NCBI RefSeq assembly: GCF_000181795.1
Contig: NW_003526943.1
Span: 1,118,487 to 1,182,486, forward strand
From: Trichinella spiralis
Lineage: Eukaryota
DNA length: 64,000 bases
Direction: 5' to 3'
Below are positions 51,127-64,000 of the stretch, piece after piece. Position numbers and translations under genes: made by a program. Every line of letters starts with the position of its first letter. Within the stretch, counting starts at the first letter, position 1. The notes under the pieces are model-generated. The model searched no databases. It was not told the origin of the DNA and was given only the letters and a program-made list of their open reading frames with translations.

Positions 51127-52689
51127 CTATTCACACAGGGAAAGCACTTCGGGCCAAACTGTGGTTTCCCATGTTTTGTCCCAGTCGTCCAGTTGGTTGA
51201 ATTTTTCTTTGATTGTTTTGATAAGACATTTATCTTCGGCAAATCCTCTTAGCATCATTTTCAGCTGATCTGCTAATTCAACTGCGTTATTAAATACGTG
51301 ACCATTTTCTCCATCATGCACAAGTTCTCCTATTGAACCAAATTTCTTTGCCAGCACAGGCAAATGACAGCCTAAAAATTCAAGTTATTGAAAGTTATCG
51401 GGATTTGGGTGAAATCAATCCAGCTAACCAAACATGTCCACAATTTTCATGGGTAGATCTTCGCCAGAAGTAGATACATGGAGACTAATTCCTAAATCGG
51501 CACAAGCAAGCAATTTTGGATAATCCTCGGCTTTCAGCCACATAGTAAGTATTTCTATCTTTTTCTTTGCAGATGATTCTTTGAAAAACTTTCTTCTTGT
51601 AACTTCAACTTTAAACTGCTCTTTCAGAGGACCATTCCCAGTGATAACCATCAAAACTGAAGGAAGCTCTGCGTCAGGAGAATCTTCGTTTGAAATACTG
51701 CTCCAATAAATGTCTAGTGCATCGAGGAGAATCGTAAAGTTTTCATCGGGCGTCCAACTTGTAGATGAAATTAGCAAACACGGTCGATCGGAGAGTTTCA
51801 CGTAACGATTATCATGCGTAAGAGCTGTAAAACGATTGGCTTCTGCATATTTATTTTCCTTTGTATTCTCCACATCTCTGGAACGTGTTAAAATTATTTT
51901 TTCAAATTAATCTTAAAATGGATACTCTTTTTCTTGCACAAAACAAGAAAGAAATCATCAATCTTACGTAAATTTCGTTTCTTGCATTGCTATTTTCATC
52001 AAGAATTCATGCTGCTTTGCCAAACTAATTGGAGTGAACGTTTCGTAAGGTGTATCGTAGAAAGTAAACACATTTCGTACACCTCTTTTCATTAAGCTTG
52101 CACGCATTTTATTTGTAACGCAGAATGATGCATCTGCTTGAGATGCGATCGCGTACTCCATCCATAATGCAAAACGGACAACTTCACTTTCTGTAAAATT
52201 CGAGATGCGCAATAAATACGCAAAAATGTAAAAAAATTACAATATACCGTTTCCCCATTTGTAACCAAGCATAGACCATGTATAATTGTGCCAGTCAATA
52301 ACAAATCGGCATCGCCTCAATTTTGCAGCAAGCATGCAAACCAAAAGCGCTGGCAAGCCAGGTGGATTTTGAACCATTATCAGATCAATTTTTGGAATTT
52401 GGAATAACAAACAATAAAGCAACGTGAAGAACTGCCAAAAAAATTTCACGATAAGATTAATTGCATTGAATTGAATATTCACAGTTTTGAATAATGTGCA
52501 AATCGTAATTGATGGATTCGAACTAATTTCATTCATTACCAATGAACCAGCATATCCAACGAGATTTACATGAAAATTATGTTTTGCAAACGATAAACTG
52601 TGATATTCCATTCTAGGACTTCTACCTATATCCCCCAAAACAACCAATGCGACGTGTTTTTTAGCCTTTTCCATTTCAAACGATGCCAT
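51127..52689 (-). CDS. ALG1: Chitobiosyldiphosphodolichol beta-mannosyltransferase
   Basis: Exons 52689-52248, 52190-51968, 51877-51429 and 51371-51127. Motifs: VVLGDIGRSPRM.YH, QNPP, IDWHNY, SSTSWTPDENF, ITGNGPLK and DLPMKIVDMFGCHLPV. Confidence 0.96.
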
Positions 52690-53390
52690 TTCAAAACTGA
52701 AAAAAGCAAACAATTTATCTTTCCCAAATACGCTAGAATCTAATCATACAAAAGATTTGCTGTGGAACAACATGATGAATTTCAAATGACAGTATGAAAA
52801 AATGCTTTTAAGTTTTAAATAATATTATTTTTGCTTATATTGCTTATATTATGCAGAAAAGTTCTTAACATCAAAAGTATCGTTATATTTTAATATGAAA
52901 TTAGGAAAAAATAGTAAAGCTAATCAAAGTAAAAATTCTCAGATATTCATAAAATTATGTGAAAATTGTTTTGGATGTAAACTATTAAGATTACTATTAA
53001 TATTTAATATCGTTTTCCTGAATCATACGTGAACTAATACTAATATTGGTTTCGGTAAAAAAATTAGTACCTAATTATTGTTTACTGTATAACTTTAAGT
53101 TGACGAAGTTATTTACTTATGTAGATTTTTTTTGAATCTAATAATGAAAGAATGTAAGATGAAATATTCATTTGAAATTAAAAAGTTGTTTTTCCAGTTT
53201 TAGTTGTTATCTGATATTTTTTCAGTACATCAGCAAGTAATAATTTACTTGAAAAACACACGTCGCAAAATGTTTGCTTATAATGTTTGTAAGAGTATAT
53301 GATTGTGATTTATTAATTTGTATAGGCATCGGTGAGATATGTGAACAAAAGAAATTACTGGTGTTTATTTATGACCCGTTTTGTTGGGTT

Positions 53391-54770
53391 ATGTCTGCAT
53401 TGGTGCCACCGAAAAAGTGCAGTATGGCAGAAAAGGTGTCGGAAAAGTCAATTCTTGCCACTGGCGGGTATGATCACACTATAAAATTATGGAAAATTTC
53501 TCCACCTGTGTGTTTTCGCACATTGCAACACCCTGATTCGCAGGTAATAACTTGAAACAATAACAAAAATATTATTTAAAATTTATTAATGTTGTAGTTC
53601 CTTTGAAAAACTGTTAAAAGTTAATGTATTATTTTATTCACTGAACACTGAATTGAAATTAGAAATTACTAAGATTGTTGCGAATAAAGTTGTTCGTAAT
53701 GACATGATGCTGTTAATGTCGACTGGCTTATTTAATGATTTGCAATTTAATTAAATTTTTGAATTCAGAAATGCTGGAATGACATGTTCATAGGTGAATA
53801 AGCTCGAATTGACCGCCGATGGTACACTACTTGCGGCTGCCGGTTACCAGCGTATACGTATGTACGACATTGCAACGGGTGACGTCAGTCCTGTGGTCAA
53901 TTACGAGGGAGTGGCGAAAAACATCACCGCGGTCGGTTTCAACAACAGCACGCGTTGGATGTACACCGGTGGTGAGGACAATTCGGCTCGTATATGGGAT
54001 TTGAGGAGTCGAAATTTACAATGTCAGCGAATATTCCAAGTGAACACTCCAGTTTCCTGTGTTTGCTTGCATCCGAATCAAGTGGAATTGTTTGTCGGTG
54101 ACCAAAGCGGCACGATTCATTTGTGGGATTTGCGTACCGATCACAACGAGCAACTGTTGCCAGAGCGGAACATGATGATCCAAAGTGTCGATGTTAACGG
54201 AATTGGTATTTATTTTTTTCTATTAATGTTCCATGGATGCTTACTTATTTGCTTGTTGTTCAAATTGTAGGAACCATGTTGGGTGCTTTAACTCACAAAG
54301 GTATGTTTTACACTTGGACGTTGAAATCCGTTTTTAACAAACCGAGTAGAATTTATCCAAAAATGAAATTGGAAGCTCACAAAACGTACGCTCTCAGATG
54401 CAAATTTTCGCCAAACAGTGAATTCGTGGTCACCACTTCAGCTGACCACACAGCCAAAATGTGGAAAAGTAGTGATTTGAATGAAGTGATCACTTTCACC
54501 AAACCTGGCCAACAATGGGTTTGGGATTGTGCTTTCACTTCGGATTCAGAATTTTTATTTACTTGCTCATCGGACAGCGTCGTTCGACTGTGGCGGTGTG
54601 ACGACGGCGCTCCTATACACGAATACGCTGGTCACCAAAGGGCAGTGACAACAATAGCATTTCAAGATGGTTGCCCAAAGCAGGATACTGAAATCACTGC
54701 TGCCACCTGCAATTCAGCTCCTTCTACTACGGATATTGCAGTAGTGGTGGACGATGATGCCAAACCTTGA
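53391..54770 (+). CDS. MLST8: Target of rapamycin complex subunit LST8 (WD40)
   Basis: Exons 53391 (or 53424)-53543, 53794-54205 and 54271-54770. Motifs: [56 protein letters not shown] and WVWDCAF. Confidence 0.96.
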
Positions 54771-56292
54771 TTGCTCGGTTAAAACTCTGTCTAATAAATT
54801 GTCTTCTATTGATAATACGTTTCAAAAATGTTGGAAGTGAAAAATATTTTTTGATTTGTTTCTTTTTTGCATTGTAAACACTAGGGAATAATCTTTAATA
54901 TTTAAAATATCATTTGACGTAAGTAATTTTTCTTCCAACAATATAGGGTAATGGTGATGATTTTATTTGACTTTCTTTAATTGATCGTATCTTTCGAGTA
55001 GATTGCAAATGTATTTGAATATTGATGCTATTTGTAAATATTTTAAATTTAGGGTAGGCTGAAATTTGTTTACTGAAATGGAAGCTTTTAAATGCAAAAA
55101 GTCCATTTAAGAGCGTTTTAGTAAATAAGAAAATAACTGATGTAATAAATAAGAAAAGAATAGATTTATCAAGGAAAAATCAAAATAATTTTTAAAAAGT
55201 AATATAAACATTATTAAAATTATTGTTAATAGGCAAGTATTTACAGTAGGAATCAGCTTTAGAAGAAAATTAAAAAAAGAAGATCTTTGATTAGTTATTT
55301 TGGTTAAATTTGAGGACAGCTGATAAAATAATAAAAAGTCATGATCGTAAATTGATAAAGCTGCGTATTAGAATTTTTATAATAAATTTAAAAGTTAAGG
55401 CGCATCTTAAAATAAGATTAATACTGTTTTTTTCACTCCGTAATGTTTTTTAAAGTGAAATTCTTTTTGTACTGCTATGAAAAATGTCTTATCATGAATA
55501 GATATTAGTATTAATTATGGTGTGATTAGTAATGTATATAATTCAAATATGAAAAAAAATAGATTATGATATTTAGGAAGAAAAAGAAGAAAGCTAGCAA
55601 AAATGGAAAGCAATTTATAAAAGAGATTGTAATAAAATTGTGATTGCATTTAAATGAAGTGCATTCAGTGGTAATGTTCATTTCCGTCCTTCAAAAGTTG
55701 TTTTTATGACAAAAGTGAAAGAATGCGAAAACTCGCTTGATGCAAAAATGAATAGCAGGTCAACATATATTTTGAAGAGCGAGTTTTGCAAGCTGAATCA
55801 CAAGTACAATTTGAACTTTTACAAAAAAAAATAAATAAATTATATAATACAAAAATGGCCTTTTCAACGTTTCAACTGGATCATAGTTTTTTTGATTAAA
55901 TTACCATAAAAGAAATTGAAATGGAGAAATGGTCAGCGCCGTGTTAAGTTACCAGCCGGCATTTTGAGCGTCATCGACACGTGAGTGAAGTGAAGGACAA
56001 GACGAGAGATGTTGGTTATAGGTGAACACCACCAGTTTTCTGCATCGTCGTTCCACAACGTGTCAATGAACTGCAATCACAAGTGAAACGATCAAGCCGA
56101 AAAACAATCATCTGCTTGAAGCTTTGATTTTGCCGGTCGCTGACATTGCATAAATTTGGAAAATACAAATTATTCCACTTTCTTGGCTTTTCCACACACA
56201 CATTTGGAAAGCACAACAAGCAGACGCTCAGCTTTCATTTTTTAAACCATTGTCACTGCCCATCATTCATTTTTTTGATTAATTTCTTATTA

Positions 56293-58783
56293 ATGGAGCA
56301 GACTGTCCATTTTGTTTACAAATTCTACATTGCTATGGTATGTTTTTACATTTTTATAGCTGCAAAATTAGTAACAAACAATATTTGCAAGCAAAAATTA
56401 TTCTGCATTATAAAATACTGCAAATGAACTTTCAACTAATTGTTCATTTGCTATTTCAAGAGAATAATTATTCTTTTCAATTTCAACATTAACAATTTTT
56501 CAATTTAAATTTTATTAAAATCTCATATTACAAAAGCAATGAAGCTTGCATTTTTATTATTTAAATTACTGAAATTTCAACAAATATTTTGCATCCTCTC
56601 ATCGCATTGCACTGCAGTTGTTCATTTGTTCATTAATAATGATAGTTTTTTGTGTCGTATCAAAATTTTAATTTTAGCTCTTATTTTTTAGCTTAATTTA
56701 TTGAAAACTTAATTTTTAGAAAAATTGCAACTGTCTTCAAAACTTCAAAAGAACAATTCTATTCTATGAGCGAGCTATGATATAAACAGTACTTAATTGA
56801 ACTTAATAAAATTAATCAAAAAAACTTATTATTATAATATGAAAGTTATATCAAAAGTTATATTTCATTCAATGTTTTGAAAATGGAAACTACTGTTAAT
56901 AAATATTTTTCAAGCTGTATAGTTTTTAATCAATGATTGTTTTAGATATTGGCAAAAGTTGCTTCAAGTTACTTCCTCATTGACAATGAGGTTATAGGTT
57001 GGTTTTTGAAGTAACAACAAATTTTGTTTTACTCAAGTTTAAATCCACATTATATATACGTAGGCAAACCTGAAATTGAATGCGGTCCAGAAAAAATAGG
57101 CATGAAAGTGAAAACAAAGCATCCTTTCGAAGGAAGCCTATATCTGAAAAATTGGCGCCGGAAACAAGGCTGTTTTGCAGAAGCAGTTTCAGAGGGAAAT
57201 ATCACCAAATCTTCAGCCAGTCTGTCCATACCGCTTGCTGATTTAGCACAATGTGGAATGGAATTTCAACGAAATGTAAATCAAAAGTTTCAGGAAAAAC
57301 TTTATTTGAAATACATTATTTTAAGTGCAAGCAGGTAGCACATACTGTAGGCTTAATCGATTTTTTTTTAAAATTCATTTAAGTAAATTAACATAAAAAT
57401 ATATTGTTCATCATAATTTTAATTAATTAATTAATTAATTATTTTTGTCATTCTAGCGTATTTTTGATATTTTTTGATGAAAATTCTTTTTAGCAGCAGA
57501 ACGGTGATTTAACTGTCCGAGGCGTTTGGGTTGTTTCATTCCATCCTCTTTTCATAACAAAAGTTGATCGAGCATTTGATGTTCTGTGCATATTTAAACA
57601 AAATGAAGTGAATATGAAATCCCAGTTAACAGTCAGGCAAGTTATGAACATATTTACAATTTGTGGAAATTTCAAAATTCTCCAGCGTGATTTATTATAT
57701 TTTCAATTTCAAAATTTTAGACATAAAGTCTAAATTTATTGTTCTTTTAAGTTATTTTCATTTTTACACTGAATAATTTACTTTGTACAGTGATCTGGTT
57801 ACTTTGGCAATAATTCCACGAACAGTACCAGTGCCTTCAGTAATGATGAAAATCGTTTCTGGTTCTGTTCCTGATACTACTTTACCCCCAGTTACAAAAT
57901 CCAAAGTGGGAAATAAAATCACATTCATCTGGTACATAACTGATCCATCAGGTGACATTTAATTTTCAAAGCAAGAAATTCAATAATTTCATAATTCTCT
58001 TTATTATTGTAGATATTTTTGGACTTCGCGTCCGGGAATGCACAGCTGAAAACAAGCGTGGATTGTCAGTGAAAATTGTAGAAAATGGATGCAGCACAGA
58101 AAGTGTAGCTATACGGGAAATTTCTTACGAACCAGACAATACGAAAGCATACGCAACAAGTCAAACATTCAAATTTGCTGATCAAGAAGATATTTGGTTC
58201 CAGTGTCGTGTTCTGGTGTGTACCAAATTAGGAAAAATTGGAACTCATTACAATTCTGAATCATGCGAAGAAATAAAGGTAATCACGCACACAATGTGGA
58301 TACAATTATCAATTGCTTAGTTATGAATAAATATTAGAAACTGTCTCTATTATAAGTGAACTGCTTTCAGACGTGCGGCCATTCTTCACGTTCCAAAAGA
58401 AATACTGGTGTTTCGAGCGAAGATTTAATTGATGAAGATGAAACCATTTTAGAGCAGCACATGCAAGTTGTAGAATTATACAATCAAAATTTGAAAAATA
58501 ACAAAGATCTGCTTCAACGTAAGCATAATATGTTAATAATAATTACCTTAATAAAACAGAAATAATATTTTCCTACATTCTAGACATTCCAACAGATCGT
58601 GTGATTCCTTATGGCTCAGGAACTTCTTTAATGAAAAAGAGCAAATCATGGAGGATATGTATGAAAAAATGGGTTTTCAGTTTGACTTCATCGGTTACTG
58701 CAACTGCTTACATTTTTGCTTTCATAATTACAGCATTCTTAGTCCACTCATCGTGCGGTGGAAATTTTCAAAAAGACATATAA
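56293..58783 (+). CDS. Cuticlin (ZP-domain) protein
   Basis: Eight in-phase exons (56293-56337, 56946-56997, 57064-57275, 57494-57636, 57791-57951, 58013-58278, 58371-58518, 58584-58783). Motifs: IDNEVIGKPEIECG, VVSFHPLFITKVDRAF..C, ENGCS and FKFAD..I.FQC, plus a furin site RSKR and a C-terminal TM. Confidence 0.92.
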
Positions 58784-59456
58784 TCCACAATGTGCCATAA
58801 AATATTTATTTGTGTTAAATATTTGGTCTGAGTGCTTGTTATTGTGTTTAAATAAAATGAAAAAAAGTATATTAAAAAAATATTGTTTCTGAAAAATTTC
58901 AGTTAATTCATCTTACTGTAGTTATGTTAATTGCAAAATTCTAACTATTGAAAAAACAGCTTAACAGTTTAAAATTCAGACAGTTTTAGGGCACAAACGT
59001 GCTATGTCAACTTGTGAAATAAAAAAAGTGAAATCGAACTGCAATATTCAACTTTTTATTCTCATTTAAGAGAAATTGCAACATTAAAAATGCTGCCATG
59101 TTTTTTTAATCATATTATTGCGTTAATATACGATAAAATCTATAATAAATTGTTCAAAAAAACATCAGTCAAATATTTCATCCCGTTTATGATCAGTAAT
59201 TAGTAAAAATTATTTGTTTTCATCAAAAATTATGATTTTTGCAAATTATAATGAATAATTTTTGAAAGAAATAATTCAATTGAATGTCATTGTTGATTAA
59301 CAATGTAATGCTTAAATTTCATTAATTTTCAATTGTTTGTTGAACAGTTAATTGAAAAAGTAGCAATTTATTAAATTTATTTAATAAACATCTTTTCGAA
59401 AAGAAGTTATGTAACAGATTGATTGACATGTGAAATAGAGCTAATAGAACACTGTG

Positions 59457-61302
<1,846 letters not shown>

Positions 61303-61525
61303 TTTTCACACACGGATACAATTTTGTTCAGTGAAATAGGAAATGAACAAATAAATTTACACATAATTTAGGTGTTATTTTATTACAATTCAACAATATA
61401 TATGCAATTGATGAAGGAAATTTACGTTAAAAACATCAAAAACATTTTTTACGTGGGCAATTCTGTAAGGGCAAATATGAAAGAAAAATTCAATGATTAA
61501 AAAAACAACAATCCAATATAAACAT

Positions 61526-64000
61526 TTAAATACCGAAACCTCCAACTGGAATATGCAAGGTTTGGTTGAAATCGGCAACAGCGGTCAACGTCCCGCTGTG
61601 AAAGCCTTGCTCTTTAGGACTGAAATAAATCCATATTCGTTGGCGTTTATCAGCGCTATAATTAATAAATAAATGACAATGACAAAATTGGAAAATATTC
61701 CAATAAAATTCTCCTTACACTAAGTCTAATTTCTTGCAGCTTAATGTGAACAGGTCGTTATCTAACAATAAATTGACCTGAAAATTCAAAAATAATAAAC
61801 ATATTAAATGGTCCCCCTTTGCAAAATTATTAATCTCTCATACTGAAGTCGATTCTTCGCTTTTGAAATCGACGCAAATGCGCGTCGTTGTGTGCAATTC
61901 AGTGTCTTTAAATCGAACATCCATTGGTGTTGCTCTGAACATTGTTCTAAAAAATGAAATCATTCTTTAAAATGCAAAATACATATACAATATATATATA
62001 TACTTTTCTGGAATAGGTAATCTGGATAATTTTCGATGAAAACTAGACGCTGATGTGGACAACAAACAACCTGCAGATGTGCTCTGCTTTGAATAACAAC
62101 TATTTGGGGATAGATTATATCTGAAATTAAAAAAAATTTACAATATCAATTAAATTGTAAAATTGCAATCACAGTAAATTATTAATTTACCGAGAACCGG
62201 CTGATGATTGTTCCATCTCCAAAGCTGCGAAGCTCAAACAGCTATCGGTTTCGCTCCACATTTCTGCGGTCAATTTGATCACAATTTTTCGCAAATTATT
62301 GACAAAACTTGCAGCTTCTGTAGAAGAAGCTGGAATCAATTCGTCTACAATAATAAACGTGCAAGATATTTAAAAATAAATTAAAGGGGTTCTTAAAAAC
62401 TTCTAAAGAAATTTTTTTTAATTCGACATACCAACTACTACACGGTCTTCTCCTTCAAAAACTTCAGTGAATGTAATTGTCTCCTTCGTAAATTGTTTCT
62501 TTTTGTACTTTTCCCACCTTAATCAAACAAATTAATCATAAATTAAAAGAAATGAATAATAAATAACTTACCCGCGTAGATTACGTCTCAATACTTCCTC
62601 ATTCCAAAACAAAGATACGTAAGCCACAATGCCATTATGAGGCACATCGTTTTTCTTGACGTTAAAATGCACATTCTGAAATGATTTTATTATGCAAAAT
62701 TAATATAATATAATATAATATAATATAATATAATATAATATAAAATTTCTTTTCACCATTTCCGAGTCGCAGTTCATTACAAAAGCCTTCGGTTCCATTG
62801 TCAATTTTTCATCATGAAGCACCTCATGAGCAAAAGGATCTAATGAACAAAACAACAAGTATTCACACATAAAATGAAAAGCAAAATAAATCAATAAAAA
62901 ATATCTAACCAGCATATGGAACCATTTTCACAAAAGCAGGCAACGAACCAGTATTTTTCAACGTTACCTTACCGTGAAAATTGCCATTGGATTGAGAAAT
63001 TAATTTCACGTCAACAAGCTTTTCCGGCGACAAGTATTTTTCATCGGCAATCATCACACACGCCGTACCACCATAACCGTACAGTCGAATCTTGAATTTA
63101 AATACAACAACAACCACAACATTACTAAAATGAAAAATAAAATTTGAATAAAAAGCACACGAACCACAAATTCTTCTTTTGTTTCTTCTAGTCGAAATAA
63201 AATTTTGCCCGTCTGATAGCCAACCGATTTTGGTCGAAACGAAACAACCAAACGATGACTTTCGTTGGCGGAAAACTGCATCATTGTTCTAGAGCTGACA
63301 TTTTCAAGCTGTAATTGAAAAGTGAAATTAAAAATTTCATAATAAACAAACAAACAAATCTACTTTAAAACATTGGTTCTGGTGCTTGATTGAAACGCGA
63401 GTTCGAATTTGCCCAAACTGGGATGTGTAACGGACTAAAACTGAATTCGAAACGCTGCTGTTCAACGGCACGCATCCGAATGACAAATGGCGCTTGTTGG
63501 CTTCCAAATGACCATCCGCATGCTGTGGTAGAGCAGTTGGAACCTGAGCTGGTGCTTTGGTACGGATGACTGTTTTCGAAGGAACGGCCGGCACTTTGAA
63601 TTCATCCACCAACTGAGGAGGACCAGTGGCAGTCAATAATGCGGCGGCTAAACAAAAAGAAAATCCAAATAATTCCCATGCACCAACAACAAAACCACAC
63701 AACCAGTAGATATTGTTTTTTACATCGGTTTTCATCTTGAGAAACAACAATTGCCGGCATGTTGTTCGAAGGTGCAGCAGCTTCAGCTTGACGCTGCATC
63801 CGTCTCAACGCAATCGAAACGTCCGTACTCATGATCATCTCGGCCAGTGCACTGGCCGAATAATCACTCGTGCAATCGAAAAGTATTCTCCTCAAAGCGG
63901 CTGTCGGTGAATCACTGGCCGACTCCTCCTTCCAATTAATGTCGGCATGCTTCAACAGACCACCGCCCTCTGATTTCTTCGTACAAGAGTCACGTCCACG
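61526..64000 (-). CDS. CEP192: CEP192/SPD-2 centrosomal protein, 3' part (runs off the window end)
   Basis: Spliced minus-strand exons give ASH/PapD-like domains: LSFGCVPL..VSFRPK..IRLYGYGG, VTLKNTGSLPAFVK..P.AFV and VSLFWNEEVLRR. A final ASH-like domain ends IPVGGFGI, with the stop at 61526. Confidence 0.82.
62700..62742. repeat. (ATATA)n intronic microsatellite
   Basis: About 8 TAATA units. This is the same unit as 13098-13200, on the opposite strand. Confidence 0.9.

Overview
AT-rich eukaryotic DNA with many short (about 50-150 nt) GT-AG introns. Gene content (cuticlin, TWK channel, DB-module/FN3 protein) and style point to a nematode, most likely Trichinella (inference, not searched). 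I reconstructed 14 host genes by hand from splice phases: a DB/FN3 protein (partial), a turtle/IgSF9-like receptor, a four-module C2H2 protein, a TWK K2P channel, PAFAH1B2/3, a GPI-anchored Ly6 protein that the ORF track splits into pieces, a second C2H2 protein, CDK5RAP3, MOCOS, an orphan gene, ALG1, MLST8, a cuticlin and uridine phosphorylase. The 3' part of CEP192/SPD-2 is also present. About 11.7-26 kb is a transposon cluster: a FLYWCH/MULE remnant, two decayed piggyBacs, an internally deleted Ty3/gypsy element with a MITE nested in its LTR, and an inverted second copy of that MITE. Best leads: a MOCOS with no MOSC domain, a protein with four HIM-8/ZIM-like ZF1-ZF2-CF modules, an exactly 24-bp-phased CCAAT array, and several hairpin-dense GC islands at gene 5' ends that may be structured RNAs. 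I recognised no tRNA, rRNA or CRISPR array. All family assignments come from remembered motifs, not database searches.
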